This document shows positions 26,089-37,100 of a stretch of 64,000 nucleotides of DNA, in pieces. Below the pieces are notes generated by a model, which saw only the letters and a program-made list of their open reading frames with translations, ran no database searches and had not been told where the DNA came from. Each line of letters opens with the position of its first letter. The stretch's first letter is position 1. The position numbers were made by a program, and so were the translations under genes. Source of the stretch: Octopus bimaculoides (Eukaryota); assembly GCF_001194135.2 (NCBI RefSeq), contig NC_068982.1:12679187-12743186 (forward strand), read 5' to 3'.

Positions 26089-27594
26089 TCTTGGGCTACA
26101 ATGGCTTAGCCAAACTAAACAACTAATGCTTGCTTAGAATGACAGTAAATAGGGATATATGAATAATAGGTTGAAAGATTTATCACGATAATACAAACTA
26201 GAAATAAAGATACAAGGGTAATCTCAATATAATGACTATTTTGGTTCCAAACATCCAATCGTTAAATGGCAAATTAATTCATGATAGAAATGATATTACA
26301 ATATGCAGTTATATTCTTGACTGTAACTCCTGCTCTGGCAATTCTGAAATAGCCAAATGAGGTTTGTCCTTAAATTTGCCAGTCATTTTGCTAAGGGAAA
26401 TGATTAGGTTAAGCACAAGTGAAAGTTTGCTCTCAACAGGAAAATTTTTCTGAGAGTCATTTTACTTGGACTGCCTTTTGTTTCGTTATTTTTAATTATC
26501 TTTTTATTTCTTGTTAATTAATTTTGTGGAAAGACAGACAAATGAAAGGATTTATATTTATTCTATATCCGTATATCTTTCTGTAATATCATTTCTGATT
26601 GAAAATATTTAATTTTATTTTTCATTTCAGTTCATTTAAATTCATAAACTTTGAGTGTATAACACAGCATTTTTATTGTATTTGTATGTGTATTTTGTAA
26701 TGATTGTTCTTGGGATCCCAGTGTTTGTCCAGTAGTGTTCCGTTTCCTTCATGACTTCAAGACTTAGGTGCAATATCAGTTCCTTCAGCGGCTCTTCGCA
26801 AACTAGCCTATTGATTCTCTCAAATTTGTCCAACAGTGCTGAAACAGTGAATGCAGGCTTCTTCCAATTGTGCATGGAAAGCTCTGAGTCCAGCTAACGG
26901 CAATGTTTTTGTCACAATGTGTGAGCTGTCCTCAAATAACACAGTGCTCAGACCCACATCAAATGCTTTTTCATACATTTCTTGTTTTCATCCATTTTCT
27001 AAGTTGTAAAGTTAAGTTTTTTCCATAGTCATTTTTCATCATTGAGTCACAGCTTAGTAACTTTTATAGCAATGTAAATCTAACCAGAATATGCTGCATT
27101 ACTTTGCAAAATTAACTAGATTTATAACTATCTTCTCAGTGTTTATTTTCATCAACTATGTTGTGTTAAAATACACCAGATGCAACCAGAAACTGGTTAA
27201 ATTAGCAGCCTTGAATTAGAAGGCTGAATTAATTAAAAAATTTCAAGGAAAGAGTAGCAAAGAGAATGTGAATACAGCATGTGTGTCAAACATCAACATA
27301 TAAATAACTGAATGATTAAATGAACGAACAAACACTCATGCATTATCAAGACACATTGTAGTAATTAATTAAACTTTTAAAGCAACCATTATGAATGTTT
27401 AGTATTTGTTTTGCACAATTAACAACAGCAATACCTTGCTTAATGGCTAGTTGCTGAACAATTCTCCACTTTGATGATACTGTTCAAAAATCATGAAAAT
27501 GTAAGAATACTTTAACTGAAAAAAGACTTCTTTGAAATAGGTTTTGTGCAAAGATATATGGACACAAGCATCATCATCACAAATCATTATCCTC

Positions 27595-27975
27595 ATCAGC
27601 ATCATTTAAAGTCCATTTTCTATGCTGGCATGGGTTGGAACAGCTTGACAGGAGCTGGCTGGTTGGCTGGGGTGCTGTCCAGGCTGTAATTTTTTTGCTT
27701 TGGCTTGGATTCCATGGTCAGATGCCCTTCCTAATGCCAACCCTTTTACCAAGTGTACTGGGTGCATTTTAGGTGGCACCATCATGAGTGCTTATAATGT
27801 GGCACCCACATGTGTGTTCTTAACATGGCGTTTTCACAAGTGCTATTAATGTGGCACTGGCATGAGTGCTTTTAATGTGGTACCAGCATAGGTGCTTTTC
27901 AACATGGTGTTGGTATGTGTGCCTTTAATGTAACACTGGCACGGGTGTTTTTCTATATGACACCAGCATTGTTGC
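27595..27975 (-). mobile_element. RTE-type 3' UTR with minisatellite
   Basis: Same tail motifs; 6-7 degenerate GTGCTTTTAATGTGGCAC units. Confidence 0.7.
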
Positions 27976-28771
27976 TTTTATTTGTGATACTAGCACATAA
28001 CATTCTCAAATCAGGCACAATACACCATCCCGATATACCTTCAAATGTTCTATAGTTATCTTTTAATTGAATGATAATGCATGATAATTGAGTGATAAAT
28101 ACAGCAACCAAATTTGAAATCATTGATAATAATCAGTCTAAAAACGGAATAATAAATAGATAACTCACTGTTATATAGCAATAGAGAATTTATAATTTAA
28201 AAAGTGGAATATAAATGTATGTTTTGATATATCTTTTGTAGTTTAATACATTATATAATTGAAATATCATAAATGTGAATATTAAAGAATTAACCAATTG
28301 TCAAAATAGTTTAAATCAACTATAATTGAATCCAGATATATTATTTCATATAAATGTCAGATCTATTACTAAGTGAAAATCATATTTCATAAAGTTCCCT
28401 AATATTTTAGAATTAGATAATATTTATATAACTGCTAATAGTGGTTAAAAATATAACACCAGATTCTCAACAGATAAATCTTTATAACTATACGGCATTT
28501 TAATAATATTAATAGTGTTTTTTTTTCTATTGGTAGTCACAACCATTGCAATAAAAACTCAATCGCAAAAACAAATGTCTGAAAATTTAAGAATTCATTT
28601 TAAACATCAACTTATAATGACTTCCATTTTTATTAAATTATGTTCCAATGTCTTTAAAATAATTTCTTGAAAGCACTAAATTTTCTATAAGTTTATTTTA
28701 TTTCAAAAATGATGAGTTATAAGTTATATAAATGCCATAAAAGTATACAATTCGAAATATTTTATGGATAC

Positions 28772-28990
28772 ATGAGGTCTGTTGAGAAATTAATGAGACT
28801 GATGCAAAAGAGAATTTTATTGGAAATTGTTAAATTATATTTTAACTTCATTGCCATCAGTATAACACCATTCATTTGCAAAGCATCACCTCTATTAATA
28901 CTTTGAAATTTAGAAACATTCTAAGAAATTATCATTTCTCAAATCCACTGCAGTGTCTACTTCAGCAGTCATATATCCAGATCTTTTAAT
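28772..28990. mobile_element. Possible decayed mariner end
   Basis: TGAGGTCTGTTGAGAAATTAATGAGACTG resembles a mariner TIR (cf. 5181 end); no partner TIR found. Confidence 0.35.
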
Positions 28991-29205
28991 AATACTTCTT
29001 GCTCATACAATTATGTAAGAGGGGGGAAAAATACTTATGTAGTAACTAATCTGGTAAATATGGTACTTGTAGAAGCACTAGAACATTCCTGATAATGTCT
29101 CTAGACCATTGGTTTTCAGATGGAGTCTAAATAAGATTTTGTTGTGAAATTTTCTTGCTATAAATTGGTTATACTTCTGCAAAAAACGAAATATTTTAAC
29201 AACAT

Positions 29206-29612
29206 AGGCACAGGAGTGGCTGTGTGGTAAGTAGCTTGCTTACCAACCACATGGTTCCGGGTTCAGTCCCACTGTGTGGCACCTTGGGCAAGTGTCTTCT
29301 ACTATAGCCTTGGGCCGACCTAAACCTTGTGAGTGGATTTGGCAGACGGAAACTGAAAGAAGCCTGTTGTATATATATATGTATGTATATATGTGTGTGT
29401 GTATGTGTGTTTGTATGTGTTTGTCCCCCCAACATAGCTTGACAACCGATGGTGGTGTGTTTACATTACCATAACTTAGCAGTTTGGCAAAAAAGACCGA
29501 TAGAATAAGCACTAGGCTTCCAAAGATTAAGTCCTGAGGTCGATCTGCTCAACTAAAGGCGGTGCTCCAGCATGGCCACAGTCAAATGATTGAAAGAAAT
29601 AGAAGAATAAAA
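29206..29612 (+). mobile_element. tRNA-derived SINE family 1 (full length)
   Basis: Near-identical to 60632-61056. Confidence 0.85.
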
Positions 29613-29619
29613 AACAAAT

Positions 29620-29820
29620 GCATTATAATCCTGAAATTTTGTGGGAAGGGGTCCATTGATTACATGGACCCTAATGTTCAGCTGGTACTTATTTCATCAA
29701 CCCTGAAAGGATGAAAGGCAAACATCACCTCAGCAGAATTTGAACCCGAAACAAGCTGAACAAAATATTGCTAAGCATTTTTGTCCCAGTATGCAAATGG
29801 ATCTACCAGCTCACCACCTT
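29620..29820 (-). mobile_element. SINE family 3
   Basis: GGATGAAAGGCAAAC..GCAGAATTTGAACC..GCTAAGCATTTT..CCAGCTCACCACC. Confidence 0.65.
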
Positions 29821-29940
29821 AATGACTACATTATTACTATTGAACTCTCTCGGAGACAAGGGTTCCAGTTGATCTGATCAATGATACAGCCTGCTTGCGA
29901 AATTAATGTGCAAGTGGCTGAGCACTCCACAGACATACTC

Positions 29941-30350
29941 TCTCTTTTACTCTTTTACTTGTTTCAGTCATTTGACTGTGGCCATGGTGGAGCACCGCCT
30001 TTAATCAAACAAATCAACCCCAGGACTTATTCTTTGTAAGCCTAGTACTTATTCTATCGGTCTCTTTTGCCAAACTGCTAAGTTACGGGGACGTAAACAC
30101 ACCAGCATCAGTTGTCAAGAATGCTGGACGGACAAACACAGACGGACAAACATATGCACACACATGCGTATATACATATACATATATACGATGGGCTTCT
30201 TTGAGTTTCCATCTACCAAATCGACTCACAAGTCTTTGGTCGGCCCGAGGCTATAGTAGAAGACATTTGCCCAAGGTGCCACGCAGTGGGACTGAACCTA
30301 GAACCATGTGGTTGGTAATCAAGCTACTTACCACACAGCCACTCCTACAC
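29941..30350 (-). mobile_element. SINE family 1 nested inside a family 2 SINE
   Basis: Family 2 sequence stops at CTCCACAGACATAC (~29938) and resumes at CATGTGTACCCTTAACG (~30351). Confidence 0.8.
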
Positions 30351-30420
30351 CATGTGTACCCTTAACGTAATTCTCAGGGAGACTCAGTGTGACATGGAGT
30401 GTGACAAGGCCGGCTCTTTA

Positions 30421-30635
30421 AAAAAGAAGTACAACAGAAATAGAGGTAGAAAGAGCAAGAGAAAGATGTGGTGAAAGAGTACAGCAGGGTTCCCCACCAC
30501 CCTCTGCCAGAACTTCCTTGAGCTTTAGGTGTTTTCACTCAATCAATAAACACTCACAACACCCAGTCTGGGAATTGAAACCGCGATCCTACGACTGCGA
30601 GTCTGCTGCCCTAACCATTCTGCCATTGCGTCTCC
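30421..30635 (-). mobile_element. tRNA-derived SINE (family 4)
   Basis: Minus strand GACGCAATGGCAGAATGGTTAGGGCAGCAGACTCGCAGTCGTAGGATCGCGGTTTCAATTCCCAG has A- and B-box-like motifs. Confidence 0.7.
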
Positions 30636-31679
30636 ACACTACATCATAATGAGATTCTAAATATAGCAAGCCTATTTCACATGCATAACAAATCTTATCT
30701 TGACTGATCTGCTGGGATTCTTAGATTTAAATGTTCTCTGTTTACAGTCAAGATAGTTTGATTAAAATTACTTTTTAGTTTTTCTTTGCTTCACTTTGTG
30801 CTGTTAGCTTTATCCATTACTGAATTGATAAAAAATTTTCTTCTCAATGTAGCATATTGGTTTTTCTCAAAACTTTTTGATCTCTGATCTTGAACCTCCA
30901 GCATTTTTCTTATTCCCTTCCAACAATGGTTTCCATTACATCCCACTATGCTGCATGACACATTGAATTCCTATAATTCCATACTAACCATATCATTGAT
31001 TCTCATCTTTTGGATCACATTCTTTCACATAATTTGTTGTCAATGTCCAAATTTCTTTATATAATTACTGCATTAAGAATTACATTTATCATTTTCCTTT
31101 AAGTAATTAAACGGTTTGACATTACCAATTATAATTTGTTTCATACCATATTTTATAAAAATTGGTCTGTTCATTATGAAAACCAAAATTATTTGGCTAA
31201 AACTCTTCAAATTACCTCAAACAATTATAAGCAATCTTTTTGTTGAGCTAAAATATTATTCATAACAGAATTTATTTGAGTTTTTATTGATTCATAAGCT
31301 ACAAACTGTAATCTTTATTTATTCAATATATGCACATTTTATAGTACTATGTCAGTTTTGCAACATATTGGCATATTGTCAATCAGCCATCAAAGCTATT
31401 ACAGTTTTTTTTTTCCTTTTACGTCTATTAATGTTGCTATAATCATATGATTTGTGTGTTCCTCTCACTAATTATATACTAAACTGGACTGCATTTCTTT
31501 ACAGTCTTTCTATGATGATATTAAGTCAATAATTTCGTCTTTGCTTTTCATTATTTATTAATTTATTTTGTACACATTTTTAATGCACAAATGTTTGAAT
31601 GATTTTAAGCAGTTATAATTATATCAAATCGTTCATTCTCAGTTTCTCTGTGTATATGTGTGTGTAATAAGGATGCTGG

Positions 31680-31785
31680 TGGCGGCGTCATCGTCGTCAT
31701 CGTCATCATCAACGTCATCACCATCATCGTTGTTCATCATCATCATCATTTAATGTCTGCTTTTGGTGCTGGCATGGATTGTTGT

Positions 31786-31821
<36 letters not shown>

Positions 31822-31952
31822 GAATGATGATGATGATAAAGATGATGACAATAATGATGCTGACAAAAATGAGGATAATGACGATGATGATGAGGATGAT
31901 GATGATAAAGATGATGACGATGATGATGCTGGCAACAATGATGATGATGATA

Positions 31953-31990
<38 letters not shown>

Positions 31991-32190
31991 AAAGATGATG
32001 ACGATGATGCTGACAACAATGATGATGATGATAATGATGATGATGAGGAGGAGGGGGATGATAAAGATGATGACGATGATGATGCTGACAACAATGATGA
32101 TGATGATGATGATGATGACGATGATACCAATTATGCCGCTGCCACAGCTGTCATAACCAGTGACAGTGGCAACAATGACAATAACAACAA
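31680..32190. repeat. Compound (GAT/GAC)n microsatellite with higher-order ~70-nt periodicity
   Basis: GATGATAAAGATGATGAC...GCTG(A/G)CAA recurs at ~31832, 31901, 31985 and 32057. Confidence 0.85.
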
Positions 32191-32469
32191 AGATGACAAT
32201 GCCTCTACATGTCTTCCCTGTATCCTTCATCTGTTTACCTGGTGCTTTTGGTAATAGAATATTATATGATGTGATAGATGGAACCGACTTTATGACTGTG
32301 TTGCTCAGAGGGGAGAAAGGTGGAAACAGCTTACATTTGAAGGTTTTCTCAAACTGGAGAGATTGGTGATGATGTTTAGCTTGAGCATCTGTTAAATTGA
32401 TATTTTCGAGAAAAATATAGGCACAGAGTTACTCCATGAGGATTGCAGTTGCAAGAATACCCTCTTACT

Positions 32470-32691
32470 CTCTCTCTCTCTTTTACTTGTTTCAGTCATT
32501 TGACTGCAGCCATGCTGGGGCACCATCTTTAGTCGAGCAAATCAACCCCAGGACTTATTCTTTGTAAGCCTAGTACTTATTCTATCGGTCTCTTTTTGCC
32601 GAACCGCTAAGTGACGGGAACGTAAACACACCAGCATCGGTTGCCAAGCGAAGTTGGAGGGATAAACACAGACACACAAGCATATACACAC

Positions 32692-32750
<59 letters not shown>

Positions 32751-32797
32751 TATATATGACGGGCTTCTTTCAGTTTCCATCTACCAAATCCACTGAT
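32470..32797 (-). mobile_element. SINE family 1 (head-truncated)
   Basis: Reverse complement of the body and tail of 60632-61056. Confidence 0.8.
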
Positions 32798-33097
32798 TGA
32801 ACAAAATGTTGAGTACAATTTTGGGGAGATGAAACTCAGTATGGGTGACTTGAGGAAGAATAAACAAATCTGTAGAAAGGATTATAAAGCATTCATTTTT
32901 TTGTTGTACAATCAAAAGATAACTGGAACTTTACTGTTTATGATGATGAGGGTTCCAGTTGATCCAATTGATGGAACAGCCAGTTTATGAAATTAACATG
33001 CAAGTGGCTGAGCACTCCACAGACACGTTTAGCATTAATGTAGTTCTCAGGGAGATTCAGCATGTGACAAAGCTGGCCCTTTGAAATATGGGTGCTA

Positions 33098-33820
33098 CAT
33101 GAGGTGGTGAAACATGACCTTCAAATGAGTCTCACAGAGGCGATGACAAGAGACCCAGACCTCTGGAGATGTACTGTGAATGAGAAGACCCAGCAAGTAA
33201 AATGAGATCACAGCCATAGCCTATGCCAGTGCCGCATAACCAGCCCATTTAAAAAGTACCTTTGAATCGTCAGGTGACACACCGTGCTTGAGGAGGCTTA
33301 TTGAGTCAAGTGAAATCAAAAATCAAAATCACAATCAGAATCTCAATCACATCGAAATCAAAAATGGAAATTGAAGTTGTGGCCGATGCCACTACCACCC
33401 TACTGGCTCCCATGCTGGTGGCACACAATTAGCACCATTCATGCGTAGGTCATTGCCAGTGCTGCCTGACTGGCTCCCATGCTGGTGACACATAAAAAGC
33501 ACCATCCGAATGTAGTCGATGCTAGCCCCCACCCCCACTGCCACTCCAACTGACTCCTGTGCGGGTGGCACATAAAAAGCACCATCTGAACATGACTGAT
33601 GCCAGTGCTGCCTGACTGGCTCTCATGCCAGTGGCACATAAAAAGCACTCACTACACTCTCGGAGTGGTTGGCATTAGGAAGGGCATCCAGCTGTAGAAA
33701 CATTGCCATATCAGATTGGAGCCTGGCACAGCCTCCTGGCTTGCCAATCCTCAGTCAAAATGTCCAACCCCTGCCAGCATGGAAAACAGACGTTAAACGA
33801 TGTTGATGATGATGATGATG
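33098..33820 (+). mobile_element. 5'-truncated RTE LINE 3' end with full 3' UTR
   Basis: EVVKHD..LTEAMTRDPDLWRCTV (RTE C-terminus, cf. 53435), then (AAATCA)n, minisatellite units and a (GAT)n tail. Confidence 0.8.
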
Positions 33821-33834
33821 AGAGGACTAGTTAA

Positions 33835-34310
33835 AAAGTAAAGTTATCTTTTCGAGTCATGTCGACTCATAAGGGGCCAGTTTCTTGGTTTCATGGCATA
33901 TAACTTCCCCACCTGGACAGGATGCTGGTCTGTCTCAGGATTGCTCATTTTGCCAGCTGAGTGGACTGGAGTAATGCGTTGCCCAGAGCAGGAATCGAAC
34001 CCACAATCTTACAATCATGAGTCCAACACCCTAACCACTAAGCCACACACTTCCACCTAAAGATAAAGTTACATTCTTGAGCCATACAGGTTCATAAGGG
34101 CTGGTTCCTTGGTTTCATGGCGTATTTATTTCCTACTTGAACAGGACACCAGCCCATCACAGTATTACTCATTTTTGCCAGTGGAGTTGACAGAGCAATG
34201 TGGAGTGAAGTGTTTTGCTTAAGAACACAACACATTGCCTGGTCCCGGAATTGAAGCCACAACCTTATGATCATGAATCCAACATCTTAACCACTAAGCG
34301 ACATGCCTCC
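33835..34310 (-). mobile_element. Two tandem tRNA-headed SINE copies
   Basis: 33835-34056 and ~34058-34310 are homologous; the minus strand starts GGCTTAGTGGTTAGG..GGGTTCGATTCC. Confidence 0.7.
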
Positions 34311-34559
34311 ATACCTGAGAGGACTGGAGCAACATGAAAAAAAGTGCCTTGCGCCAGGTAGATAACTAGCTAGATTAAAAGATTAAAAGATTATAGTCAC
34401 TGTAGAAAAGACTGAGATAGGAAATATAACATCTGTGAGTTACAGGTTGCTGTGTGTTGATAAGCGAGTCTTTGTCAACAAGATTATGGAAGCTATGTTT
34501 AAAGACCTTAAGCACAACTTGCTCCCTTCAGTTATCTATGGTTCATTCAAGTGCCTGAG

Positions 34560-34785
34560 CCCTAGACATCACAGCCGGGTGAAATGCTTAGTGATATTTC
34601 ATCTGCAGTTATGTTCTGAGTTCAAATTCTGCCAAGGTCAACTTTACCTTTCATCCTTTTGGGGTCGATTAAATAAGTGCCAGTTATGCACTGAGGTCGA
34701 CGTAATCGACTTAAACCCTTTGTCTGTCCTTGTTTGTCCCCTCCATGTTTAGCCCCCCCCTGTGGGCAATAAAGAAATAAATATG
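34560..34785 (+). mobile_element. SINE family 3
   Basis: GAGTTCAAATTC..CCTTTCATCCTTTTGGGGTCGAT..GTGGGCAATAAAGAAATAA. Confidence 0.7.
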
Positions 34786-34897
34786 CAAGTAATGGAATAC
34801 TCCACAGACACATGTACACTCAATATGATTCTCAGGGAGATTCGTCATGACACAGAACATGATAAAGCTGACCCTCTGAAATACAGGTACTATTCAT

Positions 34898-35260
34898 ACA
34901 GTTCTATATTTAAGAGATGAAGAATTATGTACAATATTTACATTATTTATGTTTGATGGGTATTTGATTTGTCCTCATCTTGTTTGTTGTTAACACAACA
35001 TTTCAGCTGATATACCCTCCAGCCTTCATCAGGTGTCTTGGGGAAATTTTGAACCTGGGTTCTCATCCTAAGGTATTTTTCAATGTTATTATTGTTATTA
35101 TTATTATTATTATTATCATTATTATTCAGGTCACTGCCTGGAATCGAACTCAGAATCTTGGCGTTAGTAGCCTGCGCCCTTAACCGCTACACCATATGGC
35201 ATAGTGGTTAAGAGCGCAGGCTACTAACACCAAGATTATGAGTTTGATTCCAGGCAGTGA

Positions 35261-35295
<35 letters not shown>

Positions 35296-35479
35296 GTAAT
35301 AATAATAATAATAATAGTAATAATAATAATGATAATAATAACATTGAAAAATACCTTAGCAATGAGAACCAGGGTTCGAAATTTCTCCAAGACACCTGAT
35401 GAAGGCTGGAGGGTATATCAGCTGAAATGTTGTGTTAACAACAAAGAAGATGAGGACAAATATCCATCAAATGTAAATA
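34898..35479. mobile_element. Complete inverted dimer of the tRNA-head/(AAT)n/hammerhead-tail element, inserted in a family 2 SINE
   Basis: Centre CCATATGG at 35192-99; heads span 35125-35266. TSD AGGTACTATTCAT at 34885-97 and 35480-92. The flanks rejoin into continuous family 2 SINE sequence. Confidence 0.9.
35391..35436 (+). ncRNA. Minimal type I hammerhead ribozyme motif (best-preserved copy)
   Basis: Stem I GACAC/GTGTT, core CTGATGA (35396-402), extra A, stem II GGCTG/CAGCT, GAAA (35424-27), stem III T-GT, cleavage-site T at 35431. Mirror copy at ~34991-35036 (-). Confidence 0.65.
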
Positions 35480-36299
35480 AGGTACTATTCATGTTTGTCA
35501 GCTTAGTGGATTGGAGCAACGTGAAATAAAGTGTTTTGCTGAAAGTTATAGAGAGGAGCACTCCTTCAGTTATGACAACGAGGGTCCCAGCTGATACAAT
35601 CAATAGAACATCTTGCTCGTGAAATCAACGTGCAAGTGGTTGAGCACTCCACAGACACGCGTAACGTTTATTTAGTTCTCAGGGAGATTTGGTGTGACAC
35701 AGACTGTGACAAGGCCGGCCCTTTGAAATACAGGTATTACTCATTTTTGCCAGCTGAGTGGACTGGAGCAGCATGAAATAAAGTGTCTCGCTCAAGGACA
35801 CAACACGTCACTGGGAATTGAACTCATGACCTTACAATTGTGAGTCGAATACCCTAACCACCAACCCATATAAATGCTTAGATTAGTACTTCTCATATAT
35901 TTTTACTCATAACCTCCTGATGAAATTAAATTACTCCTGTGCTTGCTCCTATTACTCTGTAGATGATATATGTTGAAAAACAAATCTGTTTATCACTTGC
36001 ATGGCAACTGTATTATATGAAAACAGTCTGTTGTAGATTACAAAAATGTCTGTTTCTATGCAGGAAAGACAATGTATTAAAAAAAAAAAAAAGAATTATC
36101 TAGACATGAACCTATAAGAACTGCCACAGATTAACTTTATCAATGTGACTTTATTTACAATAAAAAAACTCTTTAAAAAAAAAAACAGCATATATATATA
36201 TATATTAGGACAAAAATATTCTTATGCTTGGCAGTTTATTCAGTGTGAGTATTGTCGTTGGTGCAAACTCACAAGTTTTTAATACCTCTCTGTAGTGTT

Positions 36300-37100
36300 G
36301 CTAGTGCAAATGAAGATCACCTTTCCTTTCAGATGTGAGCTTTTGGCAGTAGATCAATTACTCAGATGAAGCTAGATTCAACAAAAGGACAAAAAACCCA
36401 CTAACATATCATGGAGTGTGTACAAAAAATCTTGGACACAGCATTTTTAAATAAGCAATGCCCCCACTCCCTATACCTGCCTACCCTAGAGACAATACCA
36501 AAGAATATAGTTTCCCTTGAAATAATCTCAATTTCTTCAAAAATTATTATTTGGTGTCTGTTATAAGCCTTCTTACTTAGAGAGGATATTAATTCCAGAA
36601 CATACTCTAGTAGAAGAGCTTTGTTATTCCTTAAAACAGATTCATCAACTTGCAGGGCAAACTGCTTCCCATGCAACTAGTTATTTTCCCCACATCCTCA
36701 TCGTTTTCATCAAGGTACCTCAATACTAAGGAATTTCTCAAAAGGATGATTTTGGTAGCATCAAATGTATTCTGTAACATGACAGTTAAGATCTCAAAAG
36801 ACTCCTCAGACAAAATAAAAATTTCATTGCTTATTAGATATGGCTGACAGCTTTTGCAATTATCTTCGTAATGTCATAGAATGTAAGTAATCCATAGTCT
36901 GCTTCATTTCATAAAATGGTTTCTCTGCTCAGAAATCACTACTTGATATTTTTCTAAGTATTCAAGTAATTTGTCTCTCTTGCATTTGTGCTTTGTTGCT
37001 AAATGGTTTCACATTTTACACAGTTATGCTCTCATTTAAAAGTGCTACCATGCACGTAAGACTGTAGCTTTGTAATGCTCTCTGGTGGTAGAATAACATT
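36300..37100 (-). pseudogene. Decayed hAT (Charlie/Buster, SCAND3/ZBED-like) transposase
   Basis: Minus-strand remnants DYGLLTFYDITKIIAKAVSH, LRNSLVLRYLDENDEDV, FALQVDESVLRNNKALLLEYV and GRYR..LFKNAVSKIFCTH match the family motifs GLxASYxISxxIAK, LSNxTVxRRIDEM, FxLQLDEST and GRxxGF...HC. Many stops and frameshifts. Confidence 0.8.

Noticed and set aside
27435-27479. 45-nt minus-strand exon candidate (SSKWRIVQQLAIKQ)
   Set aside because: Weak donor (GTATTG), unrecognised peptide, no supporting neighbour.
27760-27975. CRISPR-like repeat-spacer pattern (also 5995-6270, 33380-33650, 51931-52073)
   Set aside because: Eukaryotic context, no cas genes, degenerate units and non-unique spacers. These are minisatellites within RTE 3' UTRs or a transposon.
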